NCBI GenBank assembly: GCA_934699595.1
Contig: CAKUWT010000001.1
Location: 419,033-454,384 of the forward strand
Source of the DNA: an uncultured Patescibacteria group bacterium
Lineage (GTDB): Bacteria > Patescibacteriota > Minisyncoccia > Phycocordibacterales > UBA918
DNA: 35,352 nucleotides
Reading direction: 5' to 3'
Of this stretch, positions 8,532 through 17,329 are shown one piece after another. Under the pieces are notes generated by a model that did not search any database, was not told where the DNA came from, and was given only the letters and a program-made list of their open reading frames with translations. How positions within the stretch are numbered: the first letter of the stretch is position 1; each line of letters begins with the position of its first letter. Position numbers and translations under genes: made by a program.

Positions 8532-8668
8532 GAGAATTAGTACCACCAGGGCATTTCTATTTTTATAGTCGGACTAGAGTCCTCCTTAAAAATAAGTCAA
8601 AAGGTTGCCAGCTATTTTGCGAAGCGATAGCGAGTAGAAATAGCGACAACCTGTACTGAACATGTAAT

Positions 8669-8690
8669 GTTCGAATCCTCTCGTCTCCGC
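8669..8690 (+). repeat. Exact 22-nt copy of the tRNA-Ser 3' end (T-loop to discriminator+1), here followed by CA so that it reads ...ctccGCCA
   Basis: gttcgaatcctctcgtctccgc is identical to 8421-8442. The 5' strand of the T stem is absent, so this is a fragment and not a gene. Confidence 0.8.
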
Positions 8691-8698
8691 CAAATAGG

Positions 8699-8729
8699 AA
8701 AACCGCCCGAGTACCACTTGGGCGGTTTT
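8699..8729. terminator. Bidirectional intrinsic terminator (serves the GNAT gene on the minus strand)
   Basis: aaaaccgcccgagt acc acttgggcggtttt. 10-bp stem with one G.U pair and A/T runs on both sides. Confidence 0.7.
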
Positions 8730-8751
8730 GCGATCCGCAAGGATTCATTCA

Positions 8752-9198
8752 TCAGAGGGTAATTGACGCCTTGAGGCGATACACGTTCGTATCATATCGC
8801 TCAAAGCCCAACTTTTGGTACAGATGATTGGCAGCCGCTCGACCCGACGAAGAGGTCAGATCAATCTGACGTGCCTCGTGAAAATCAAAGCCGACTTCAA
8901 TAAGTTGCTCCATAATTCTCTGGGCGACACCCTGACCGCGATAATCCTTAAGCACCACAACATCGTGGATGACGCACTCAGTAGCGCCGAGTACGTACAG
9001 GGGACAGATGGTCCCCATGCCGATAATCTGGCCAGCAGTGGTGGTGGCAATCACCACAGTAGTATCACTGTAGTTGAGAAGCTTCTCAATATCCGCCTCA
9101 CAAACCTGACGTTCCGAACTCGGCAGCAGGGACAACAACCGATTGATGTCATCCACAATACAGTTGTCCATGTCGAGAATATCAATCGCATATTCCAT
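8752..9198 (-). CDS. GNAT family N-acetyltransferase
   Basis: Acetyl-CoA binding motif A VVVLKDYRGQGVAQRIMEQL. The track ORF starts at GTG 9240, but the ATG at 9198 (MEYAIDILD...) is preceded by GGAGGAAAATGAG and is the likelier start. Confidence 0.8.
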   Translation of the reverse strand: MEYAIDILDMDNCIVDDINRLLSLLPSSERQVCEADIEKLLNYSDTTVVIATTTAGQIIGMGTICPLYVLGATECVIHDVVVLKDYRGQGVAQRIMEQLIEVGFDFHEARQIDLTSSSGRAAANHLYQKLGFERYDTNVYRLKASITL

Positions 9199-9256
9199 CT
9201 CATTTTCCTCCAGATCTCTATCTGTGGCTAAAAATACCACAAAAGTTTCTATTTTG

Positions 9257-10420
9257 CTACTTACCCTTCGTCACCGCGCTCGAGACTGCCTTTACCAAGC
9301 CTGGGGTATCAATCGGAGGAATAACATTCTCGGCAGTCGGTTTTTTTACCAATCCAGCCAATTTTTTAGCCGCTTTTAGTTTCATCTCAGTCGTAATAGC
9401 AGACACTTTTTTGTCTAGAGCCCCACGGAAAATCCCTGGAAAAACCAGCGAGTTATTAATCTGATTTGGAAAATCTGAGCGACCAGTTGCCACCACCGCC
9501 GCCCCAGCTCGCTTAGCATCTTCCGGCATAATTTCCGGAATCGGATTAGCTAGAGCAAAAACAATGGCTTTGTCTGCCATAGTTTCAATATGAGCCTTCG
9601 CAATCGTACCTGGACCCGAAACACCAATCAGAGCGTCTGCTCCAGCTACCGCGGTCAACACATCGCCTTGAGTTTTTTCTGGATTAGTCATTTCTGCCAA
9701 CTCTTTTTTATAGCCTTTTAAGTCGGGTCTACCGCTGTAAATCACGCCGCGGCTATCCGAAACAATTACCTCCTTAACTCCAGCCTGGTACAGTAACTGA
9801 GTAACAGCACGGCCGGCCGCGCCGGCTCCTACAATTACCACCTTCATTTGTTCTAGTTTTTTCCCCACTACTTTGGCAGCGTTGATCAAACCAGCCACCA
9901 CTACAATGGCAGTACCATGCTGATCATCATGGAAAACGGGGATATCCAACTCCTTCTTTAATCTTTCTTCGATAATAAAACACTGTGGGGCGGCGATATC
10001 TTCCAGATTAATTCCACCAAATCCAGGAGCAATGGCTTTTACGACCGCAATAATCTCTTCCGGCTCGTGGACACTAAGCACCAGTGGCCAAGCATCAATA
10101 TCCGCCATAGCTTTAAAAATATTCGCCTTCCCCTCCATCACCGGCAAGGCTCCGAGCGGACCGATATTTCCGAGACCCAGCACCGCCGAACCGTCAGACA
10201 CCACCGCTACTGAGTTACCCTTACTGGTATACTGATGCGCTTGGCTTGGATGCTTTGCCAAATGTGTCGAGACCGCTGCTACTCCCGGAGTATAGAGTGT
10301 GCTCCAGTCGTCTTTGGTTTTTAGCGGCGCTTTATTAGTGAGGGTAATTTTACCCCGCAACTTTTTATGTGTACTTAGAGCTAGTTTGTTATAGTCCTTC
10401 TTTACTGGTGATTTTGCCAT
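9257..10420 (-). CDS. NAD(P)-dependent malic enzyme (short, about 390-aa type)
   Basis: 387 aa. LRGKITL...LYTPGVA N-terminal region, a Rossmann motif VVIVGAGAAGRA and the ANPIPEI segment are typical of the small bacterial malic enzymes. Confidence 0.85.
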   Translation of the reverse strand: MAKSPVKKDYNKLALSTHKKLRGKITLTNKAPLKTKDDWSTLYTPGVAAVSTHLAKHPSQAHQYTSKGNSVAVVSDGSAVLGLGNIGPLGALPVMEGKANIFKAMADIDAWPLVLSVHEPEEIIAVVKAIAPGFGGINLEDIAAPQCFIIEERLKKELDIPVFHDDQHGTAIVVVAGLINAAKVVGKKLEQMKVVIVGAGAAGRAVTQLLYQAGVKEVIVSDSRGVIYSGRPDLKGYKKELAEMTNPEKTQGDVLTAVAGADALIGVSGPGTIAKAHIETMADKAIVFALANPIPEIMPEDAKRAGAAVVATGRSDFPNQINNSLVFPGIFRGALDKKVSAITTEMKLKAAKKLAGLVKKPTAENVIPPIDTPGLVKAVSSAVTKGK

Positions 10421-10620
10421 AGGATCTCGGAAGATGATTTAAAATATTAATAACGGACATTAGTATAGCACCACCCACCATTGGTTGGCTAAAAACAATC
10501 ATCACTATTATCAATAAAGAGAGTAGGGTCCTAAGCTACCAAATAAATTACCCAAAATATCAAACCCCGGCTTTTTCAAGCCGGGGCACCTCTTCAGTTT
10601 TACTGGAAAAATGAGGAAGA

Positions 10621-11193
10621 TTATTTCCCAGTAGCGGCCATGTTCATCCGAGCCCTCTGAAAATGATAACGCCCAAGAGTTCCTTGACCGCGACAATCCC
10701 TGTCCGGAGTCGTTTGTACTGGCGACGGCCCATCATTGCCACGCAGTCGACCGCGAAACCCAGCAGTCTGGGGCAGTAGACGGACTTTCTCCACCTTCCC
10801 CTCCGAGTCCAGGACATAGGTACAGAGTGCCCCTTCCCGCACTCGCGGATCTCCAGCATCGTCGCCCAGATCCTCCGTAGTAAAGAGGAGGTTTCCTCTC
10901 TTATCTTCCGGCTCGATGCTCCCGCAGTTTCGGCGAGGGGAGAAAAAGTGAATCCTTCCATGCAAGATAGATTCCTCAAAGTCCTCCTCTTCCAGAATCT
11001 TGATCACCACTAGGCGGCCAGAAGCAGCGTATTCCACCCGCACCAGAATAACCATGTCGAGTGCGAGTCCAGGATTATCATCCAAGATATCAGGCGGAAT
11101 GATCACTTCTGTGTCATTTCCAGGAAGAACCTGCGCGGCCTGGCCGCAGACCGAACCCAGACTAGTGATTTTTACTCGCATGACTTCCGCCAT
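10621..11193 (-). CDS. Hypothetical protein A: AbrB/MazE-like N-terminal segment plus cold-shock/OB-like segment (GC-rich orphan)
   Basis: 190 aa with its own RBS (GGAGAAGGTA ATG) and terminator (ccccggc ttttt caa gccgggg at about 10565-10587). HGRIHFFSPRRNCGSIEPEDKRGNLLFTTEDL...GALCTYVLDSEGKVEKV resembles a CSD (G.v.wF....GfI.....g.dvF.h...). EVIIPPDILDDNPGLALDMVILVRVE..GRLVV resembles a swapped-hairpin AbrB-type segment. About 60% GC. Confidence 0.6.
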   Translation of the reverse strand: MAEVMRVKITSLGSVCGQAAQVLPGNDTEVIIPPDILDDNPGLALDMVILVRVEYAASGRLVVIKILEEEDFEESILHGRIHFFSPRRNCGSIEPEDKRGNLLFTTEDLGDDAGDPRVREGALCTYVLDSEGKVEKVRLLPQTAGFRGRLRGNDGPSPVQTTPDRDCRGQGTLGRYHFQRARMNMAATGK

Positions 11194-11319
11194 TACCTTC
11201 TCCAGTTCTTGCTGTTTTCGAGAACAAATCTCTAATCAGCAATATAACAGACCTACCACAAAAAGCAAAAACCCGGCTAGTTCACTAGCCGGGATGAGAA
11301 TCTTTATTCTTATAGCGCT

Positions 11320-11805
11320 TTAGCGCTGACGTAGTACTTGAGCAAGACCAGCTCGTTCCATCGCCCAGGGTGGCCGGATTTCAATTGCCCGACCAGAACC
11401 ACCAATGCGAAAACGCACAGGTGCTCCCGGTCGATGAAAGCAACCCGGAAGATACTCCTCAGCGATATTCACACTGAAGAGGACCAATCTGTTCTCCCCT
11501 TCCGGACAAATAGAGCCCATATTCTTGCCCCATTCGTATATTATCCCCCGAAAATAGGGCGACCCCTCACCTCTCGTTGCGGGCAGAGCTACGCCAAAAA
11601 TACTGAGGACCTCCTTAGTCTCAGGATTGACACGCGCTTCCAACTTCGTCCCCACCGGGACATGCCCACCCAGGAATCTGAGCAAGTCATGTTGGATTTG
11701 GACAGTGCTCTTCACACTCTCCCAGTACGCCTCGACACAATCCATGATCGTGTTACTTCGCACAACTGTCAATTTGGCGACATTGCCTTTTTTGTTTTTT
11801 TTCAC
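11320..11805 (-). CDS. Hypothetical protein B, distant paralog of protein A (same two-part layout)
   Basis: 161 aa with a GTG start preceded by AAAGGAGAAGGCA and a terminator cccggctag ttca ctagccggg at about 11273-11294. FRGIIYEWGKNMGSICPEGENRLVLFSVNI...GAPVRFRI parallels the CSD-like part of A. VQIQHDLLRFLGGHVPVGTKLEARVNPETKEVLSI parallels its AbrB-like part. Confidence 0.6.
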   Translation of the reverse strand: MKKNKKGNVAKLTVVRSNTIMDCVEAYWESVKSTVQIQHDLLRFLGGHVPVGTKLEARVNPETKEVLSIFGVALPATRGEGSPYFRGIIYEWGKNMGSICPEGENRLVLFSVNIAEEYLPGCFHRPGAPVRFRIGGSGRAIEIRPPWAMERAGLAQVLRQR

Positions 11806-11924
11806 TGCCTTCTCCTTTTTTGGAACGTCTGCAAAAAATATACCTCACAAACTGAGAGTTAGCAATAGCTACCCGTCTGAAGTGCCCTCTACCATTTGCT
11901 ACAATGATACAGTTACACCTTACT

Positions 11925-14123
11925 ATGCAACCCCACGACCTCCTCACCAAACACCTCCGCATCGATACTCCGCACCAAAAGGCGCTTGCGCGACTACAAA
12001 TCAAAACCGTCCAGGATCTGCTCTACCACTTCCCTAGCCGTTACGAGAACATCGACGATATTCAGTCTGTGCAGAGTTTAACCAAAGACCAAGAAGCTAT
12101 TGTGTATGGTCAACTTTCTGGACTAAAAACCAGAAAAGCTTGGAAAAGTAAGCGGCCGATTGCCGAAGGTTTTATTGAGGACGGTACCGCTAAAATAAAA
12201 ATCATGTGGTTCAACCAACCCTACCTCGCTAAAATGTATCAGGATGGCATGCTAGTGAAACTAGTTGGAAAAGTAACCGGCAGCGAAGGCAAGCTCTACA
12301 TCGCCAACCCTGAAGTGGAGAAGCTCGACTCACTTCCACTAGATCGTCATGACTCCATTTTTAACCAGACCGAAAGTTTAGAAGAAGCAATTTATCCAAT
12401 CTATAAAGAAACCAAAGGCGTTACCAGTCGCTGGCTCTACCATACTGCCCTCAAGTGTTTTGAAGCCGGCATTTTGGAGAACATTATCGACCCTCTACCC
12501 GAAGCGGTACGCACGCGCTATCATCTCCCCGTCCTCAAGGACGCTCTGGTATGGATTCACGCGCCTAAAAAACTAGAACATGCTAAAGGTGCTCGGAAGC
12601 GGTTTGCTTTTGAGGAAGTCTTCACCATTCAAGTACAAAAAGCGGCCGAGCGCGCGGCAGCGGCAGCGAGTAATACTTACGAAGTAGTCAGCACTAAGGC
12701 GGCTCTTAAGTCTTTTACCGATCGCTTCCCCTTTACGCTCACCAAGGCACAGACCAACGCCATCACCAATATCATTACCGACCTCAAGCAACCCAGTCCT
12801 ATGGGTCGATTACTGGAGGGTGATGTGGGCAGTGGTAAAACGGCCGTGGCGGCCAGTGTGGCTTACACGGTGGCCACTAGCCGTCCGCCCGAAGGCAAGA
12901 AAACCGAAGCGACCGGTAAAACTAAAGATCTAGCTTTTGGTAATCTCCAGGTCGCTTACATGGCACCAACCGAAATACTCGCCAAGCAGCATTTTGAAAG
13001 CTTCATTGAATACTTTAAACACTTACCTATTCAAATCGGTTTAGTAACAGGCTCTGGCTGTCAAAAATTCCCCTCCAAAAGTAACCCCCATAAACCAACC
13101 AAAATTTCCAAAAACCAACTACTCAAGTGGGTACAAAATGGTGAGATTCCTATTCTTATCGGCACGCACGCTTTGATGTACAAAAAAGTAGAATTTAAGC
13201 ATCTGGCCCTGGTGATCATTGATGAGCAGCACCGGTTTGGTACTAACCAGCGAAAAGCACTTGCTAAGAAGGACAATCGTCTGCCACACCTCCTCTCCAT
13301 GACAGCCACCCCCATTCCCCGCACCCTTGCTCTTACCCTCTATGGCGACCTAGACCTCACCATTCTGGACGAAATGCCCACGGGTCGGAAACCGATCATT
13401 ACCGAGATTGTCGGACCAGGACAAGAGGCTAAGATGTACGATCACGTTCGTAGTGAACTGGCGACAGGCCGCCAGGCATATGTTATTTGTCCTCGCATTG
13501 ATGAGCCAGACCCAACCAAAGAAACAGCGCTACAAACCAAAAGTGTTATGGGCGAGGTAAAACGCTTGCAAGCCAGTGTTTTTTCTGGCTACCGGATTGG
13601 TGCTCTGCATGGCAAAATGACTCCTGACGAAAAAGATAAAACCATGGCACGCTTTGCCAACCATGAACTGGACGTGCTGGTAGCCACCTCAGTGGTGGAG
13701 GTCGGTGTTAATGTCCCCAACGCCACCAATATTATTATCGAAGGGGCTGAACGGTTTGGACTAGCCCAGCTGCATCAGCTACGTGGTCGCGTTTTGCGTG
13801 GTACTCATCAGCCGTATTGTTTTGTGGTAACTAGCAGCAAAAGCGACAAAACTAGGGAGCGCTTGCATGCTCTGCACACTGCTCGCACTGGTTTTGATTT
13901 AGCCGAATATGATTTGCAATTTCGCGGCGCTGGTGAGCTTTACGGCGGCAAGCAATCCGGACTGACCGATATGGGAATGGAGGCTTTGAAAAACCTAAAG
14001 TTGGTCGAAGCCGCACGTGACGAAGCGAGACAACTAGTGCAAACCGATCCGCAATGGCAAGAAAACTATCCCGAGCTCTCGCGCGCGGTAGCTAAAATGA
14101 CCAATGATTTACACTTAGAATAA
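11925..14123 (+). CDS. recG: ATP-dependent DNA helicase RecG
   Basis: Wedge/OB N-terminal region, Walker A GDVGSGKT, DEQH box IIDEQHRFG, TATPIPRT and QLHQLRGRVLRG. The ATG at 11925 (MQPHDLL) is preferred over 11904, which overlaps a TACAAT -10-like box. Confidence 0.9.
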   Translation: MQPHDLLTKHLRIDTPHQKALARLQIKTVQDLLYHFPSRYENIDDIQSVQSLTKDQEAIVYGQLSGLKTRKAWKSKRPIAEGFIEDGTAKIKIMWFNQPYLAKMYQDGMLVKLVGKVTGSEGKLYIANPEVEKLDSLPLDRHDSIFNQTESLEEAIYPIYKETKGVTSRWLYHTALKCFEAGILENIIDPLPEAVRTRYHLPVLKDALVWIHAPKKLEHAKGARKRFAFEEVFTIQVQKAAERAAAAASNTYEVVSTKAALKSFTDRFPFTLTKAQTNAITNIITDLKQPSPMGRLLEGDVGSGKTAVAASVAYTVATSRPPEGKKTEATGKTKDLAFGNLQVAYMAPTEILAKQHFESFIEYFKHLPIQIGLVTGSGCQKFPSKSNPHKPTKISKNQLLKWVQNGEIPILIGTHALMYKKVEFKHLALVIIDEQHRFGTNQRKALAKKDNRLPHLLSMTATPIPRTLALTLYGDLDLTILDEMPTGRKPIITEIVGPGQEAKMYDHVRSELATGRQAYVICPRIDEPDPTKETALQTKSVMGEVKRLQASVFSGYRIGALHGKMTPDEKDKTMARFANHELDVLVATSVVEVGVNVPNATNIIIEGAERFGLAQLHQLRGRVLRGTHQPYCFVVTSSKSDKTRERLHALHTARTGFDLAEYDLQFRGAGELYGGKQSGLTDMGMEALKNLKLVEAARDEARQLVQTDPQWQENYPELSRAVAKMTNDLHLE

Positions 14124-14130
14124 TTAATGA

Positions 14131-14162
14131 AAAACGGGCGCGAATAAATTCGCGCCCGTTGT
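14131..14162. terminator. Bidirectional intrinsic terminator between recG and the convergent small ORF
   Basis: aacgggcgcgaat aa attcgcgcccgtt. 13-bp perfect stem. Confidence 0.7.
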
Positions 14163-14172
14163 ACCCACCCCA

Positions 14173-14457
14173 TCAACAAACCCACAGCATCACCATCTCT
14201 GATTGTTGGAACCAATCCTTGAGACTTTGTTGACTACGAGTAATAACACAAAGTTCAGCAGTCATCGGATTGAAAGCTCCCCAAACTATCTCGCCAAGAC
14301 GGCAACCTGGGATTCGCGCCAACTCTGAAGCTCTTAGCCGTCGCACAAACAGACACCGCTCCGGCAAAAAACTTCTTTGCAGCAATAGTGACGGCTGTTG
14401 CTGTCGCTCTTTCTCCATCAAGGCCAGCAAAGAAGTAGTGCTGCGCAAATTTTTCAT
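14173..14457 (-). CDS. Hypothetical protein (94 aa, GC-rich orphan)
   Basis: Good RBS (AGGAAGGAG, 8 nt before the ATG) and a shared terminator with recG. No recognisable motif. A plus-strand ORF overlaps it, so the strand call rests on the RBS. Confidence 0.4.
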   Translation of the reverse strand: MKNLRSTTSLLALMEKERQQQPSLLLQRSFLPERCLFVRRLRASELARIPGCRLGEIVWGAFNPMTAELCVITRSQQSLKDWFQQSEMVMLWVC

Positions 14458-14513
14458 GACGGCGACTCCTTCCTACTGAATGACAAATCTAATTTTAGAG
14501 TAGCATTTTTTTA

Positions 14514-14553
14514 GTAAAGAAAAAGCCGCTCCGAATGTACAAATTCGGAGCGG
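14514..14553 (-). terminator. Intrinsic terminator inside the leader upstream of the 94-aa ORF
   Basis: On the minus strand: ccgctccgaat ttgtac attcggagcgg followed by CTTTTTCTTT. Confidence 0.6.
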
Positions 14554-14832
14554 ACTTGCTTGCTCAGCTAAGCAAAAGTGGGCCGAGGGCAGGACAACCA
14601 TCGGGTCGAGGTCTCTTAGTGTGGCATCCGCCACTGCCTCTGTGTTTTTGGATCACCTCCCTTCAGTTGTGGATATGAACACCGACAGATACAAATTGGC
14701 ACATCTCATCCTCCCTCTCTGAAAAGAAGTGCTCACCGCGAGAACCTCTTTTAATAGTAAAGCTTGTTCCATCTTTTTTGTCCAGGGGTAGCTTGCTGAT
14801 ATCATAAACCTCTCTTTCTCGGCAAAAATAAA

Positions 14833-14861
14833 TTGAAACTGTGCTACTTTTACCGTATAGT
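14833..14861 (+). promoter_or_regulatory. Sigma70-like promoter for tRNA-Ile
   Basis: TTGAAA, 17 nt, TATAGT, about 30 nt upstream of the tRNA 5' end. Confidence 0.5.
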
Positions 14862-14893
14862 AAACGCACTTCTGGCTTACAGTTAGAAGTAAT

Positions 14894-14967
14894 CCGCATG
14901 TAGCTCAGTTGGTTAGAGCACGGAGCTTATACCTCCGTGGTCCTTGGTTCGAATCCAAGCATGCGGA
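14894..14967 (+). tRNA. tRNA-Ile with anticodon UAU (reads AUA)
   Basis: ccgcatg ta gctc agttggtta gagc a cggag CTTATAC ctccg tggtc cttgg ttcgaat ccaag catgcgg a. Fully canonical cloverleaf with U8, G18G19, TTC loop, U33, A37 and a C1-G72 pair. Confidence 0.85.
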
Positions 14968-14973
14968 CTAGTT

Positions 14974-15018
14974 AAAAACTCTCGGCGCGGGCCTCCAGGC
15001 CCGCGCCGAGAGTTTTTC
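14974..15018. terminator. Strong bidirectional intrinsic terminator
   Basis: actctcggcgcgggcc tcca ggcccgcgccgagagt. 16-bp perfect stem flanked by AAAAA and TTTTT. Confidence 0.8.
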
Positions 15019-15114
15019 CGCCTCTACTCATTTTCACTCCACTACCTACCAAAACAGAAAAACCACGAGGTTAGCCTCATGGTTTTTACTACAACATTCT
15101 TCTGGTGGTAATTA

Positions 15115-17202
15115 TTAGCTTCCTTCTTTATCCTCCAGTAAGGAGGCTGTGATATTTTCAGGATCAGCGTAAGCATCCTGTATTTCTACCCCACACTCTT
15201 TCAGTAGCGCCTCATATTCTCCCCGCTCTAAAGTTTCCACTTCCATTAAACGTTTAGAGATAGTATCTAGAGCTTCACGATATTCAGTGACAATTTTAAT
15301 GGCTTTATCTTTCGCTTCAGTGATAATCAGATTAACCTCCTCATCAATCGCCTTGGCAACTGGAGCGGAATAACCACGACTCTCATTGAGCTCGCCACTA
15401 ATTAACCGGCCGCCACTAGCTTCAAAAGCAATCGGCCCGAGCTTACTCATTCCCCACTTGGTCACCATATCCCGCGCCAAACCCGTGGCCACCTGCAAAT
15501 CATTTGAAGGTCCCGTAGTTAGATCATTAAAAACCATTTCCTCCACCACGTAACCACCGAGCGTCATGGCAATATCATCCAAGAACTCTTTGCGAGTTTG
15601 CATCTTACGATCCTCGTCAGGCAACTTAAGCGTATAGCCAGCAGCCCGACCGCGAGAAATAATTGAAATCTTATGAACAGGATCAGCATATGGCAAAACC
15701 GAGGCCACCAAGGCGTGTCCCACTTCGTGATAAGCAGTCACTTCCTTCTCTTTTTCAGACAACACGTGACTCTTGCGCTCTGGCCCAAGCATGACCTTTT
15801 CAATTGAACGAATGATATCAAATTGTCCCACAGTTTTTCGACCCTCCCGAGCAGCCAGGATCGCTGCCTCGTTCATTAGGGAATACAAGTCAGCGCCCGA
15901 AAAACCAGGTGTTCGAGTCGCCACCAAAGCCAAATCTACATCCTCCGCTAAGGGCTTCTTACGAGAATGTACCGCCAAAATAGCCTCACGATCGCCACGG
16001 TCTGGCAAATCAATAGTTACCCGACGATCAAAACGTCCTGGACGCAGCAACGCGGGGTCCAACACATCTGGGCGATTAGTGGCAGCAACTACAATCACTT
16101 TAGCGTTGGGTTCAAAGCCATCCATTTCTACCAGGATTTGATTCAAGGTCTGTTCTCGCTCATCGTTCCCGCCACCAACACCAGTTCCACGTACACGCCC
16201 GACCGCATCAATCTCATCCACAAAAATAATCGCGGGGGCGCTTTTTTTGGCCATCGAAAATAAGTCTCGAACTCTAGAAGCCCCTACCCCGACAAACATC
16301 TCCACAAATTCCGAACCGGAAATAGAGTAGAACGGCACACCCGCCTCACCAGCCACCGCCCGGGCCAGTAAGGTCTTCCCCGTTCCGGGTGCCCCCATCA
16401 TCATCACCCCCTTCGGGATCTCTGCCCCAATCTCAATAAACTTCTTAGGATTTTTCAAAAAATCTACCACCTCTTCCAGCTCCTGCTTAGCTTCCTTGGC
16501 ACCAGCCACATCTTTGAAAGTAATTTTTTTACTTTCATCGTTAGGATCGATCATCCGTGCCTTACTGGCCCCGAAGGTGAAGGCTTGCATACCGCCCGAA
16601 CCCTTAACTGAGCGAGTCAAAAACCAGATAATCACTCCTAGCAAAATTAGAGGGAAAAGAAAAGGCAGTAAATTACCCAACCAAAAAGCGAAACCGGTTT
16701 CCTTTTTAATATCAATATTCACCTCTCCCAGTTGTTCAGCCGTAACTCCTAAGTTAGTTAAAGTTTCAGTAATAGAAGCATCAGTTTCTCTTTTAGCTAC
16801 TCCAGGAGCACGACTATCGTCATTGTAAGTGACCTCCAATTTGCTGCCTCGCACCACAATCTCTTTCACTTCATGGTTGCGCACTTGAGAAACGATCTGT
16901 GTCAGCGACACTTCTTCTGGCTTCACTCGATTATCTGTAATGTAGCTGAAAGTAATCGTAATCAAGACCAATACCATCACCGTGGTGAGCATATTGTTCC
17001 AGAAATTTCCCGGACCTACTGGCGGTTTTTTACTAACACGACTTATACGATTTAAAATAATATTTTTTCCTTTATTTTTTTCAGCTCCAGGAGCCACCTT
17101 CGGCTTTTCCGTTGACGAATTACCAGACGTCGGCTCTGGATTCGTTTTATTCTGATCTGAGTTAAGTTTAACTTCAGTTTCTTGCTTATCCTTTTCTTGC
17201 AT
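15115..17202 (-). CDS. ftsH: ATP-dependent zinc metalloprotease FtsH
   Basis: 695 aa with Walker [12 protein letters not shown], the second region of homology, and the zinc motif HEVGHAL. It has a low-complexity N-terminal extension of about 60 aa. Confidence 0.95.
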   Translation of the reverse strand: MQEKDKQETEVKLNSDQNKTNPEPTSGNSSTEKPKVAPGAEKNKGKNIILNRISRVSKKPPVGPGNFWNNMLTTVMVLVLITITFSYITDNRVKPEEVSLTQIVSQVRNHEVKEIVVRGSKLEVTYNDDSRAPGVAKRETDASITETLTNLGVTAEQLGEVNIDIKKETGFAFWLGNLLPFLFPLILLGVIIWFLTRSVKGSGGMQAFTFGASKARMIDPNDESKKITFKDVAGAKEAKQELEEVVDFLKNPKKFIEIGAEIPKGVMMMGAPGTGKTLLARAVAGEAGVPFYSISGSEFVEMFVGVGASRVRDLFSMAKKSAPAIIFVDEIDAVGRVRGTGVGGGNDEREQTLNQILVEMDGFEPNAKVIVVAATNRPDVLDPALLRPGRFDRRVTIDLPDRGDREAILAVHSRKKPLAEDVDLALVATRTPGFSGADLYSLMNEAAILAAREGRKTVGQFDIIRSIEKVMLGPERKSHVLSEKEKEVTAYHEVGHALVASVLPYADPVHKISIISRGRAAGYTLKLPDEDRKMQTRKEFLDDIAMTLGGYVVEEMVFNDLTTGPSNDLQVATGLARDMVTKWGMSKLGPIAFEASGGRLISGELNESRGYSAPVAKAIDEEVNLIITEAKDKAIKIVTEYREALDTISKRLMEVETLERGEYEALLKECGVEIQDAYADPENITASLLEDKEGS

Positions 17203-17329
17203 AATACAGGCATTATACAGAAAAAGCCCAGTTTTTAAAGCTTTGAGAAACTATTTGCAGAAACCTGACCCCAAATCAGACCCTCATCTATTAGATGAAT
17301 CCTAATTTTTCTATTATAGTGTAGTGAAG

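Noticed and set aside
8563-8748. 61-aa minus-strand ORF
   Set aside because: It spans a terminator hairpin and the tRNA-Ser 3' fragment. It has no RBS and an implausible sequence.
10644-12037. Alternative and antisense ORFs in the GC-rich islet (10644-10979, 11000-11323, 11338-11862, 11627-12037, 11753-12004)
   Set aside because: High GC generates long open shadow frames. The chosen frames have RBS, terminators and mutually similar domain layouts, and the others do not. ORF 11627-12037 also runs across the recG promoter region.
14649-14660. 16S rRNA gene or fragment suggested by TGGATCACCTCC
   Set aside because: The preceding sequence shows none of the conserved 16S 3' domain (for example GTCGTAACAAGGTA), and recG occupies the space a 16S gene would need. 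It is kept only as a curious motif in the findings.
14663-14899. 78-aa minus-strand ORF upstream of the leader
   Set aside because: Its start codon lies inside the tRNA-Ile gene. There is no RBS or promoter, since two terminators separate it from ftsH, and the sequence is AT-rich and unconvincing.
15773-17055. Plus-strand track ORFs inside ftsH (15773-16141, 15967-16263, 16496-16828, 16873-17055)
   Set aside because: They are antisense to an unambiguous FtsH coding sequence.
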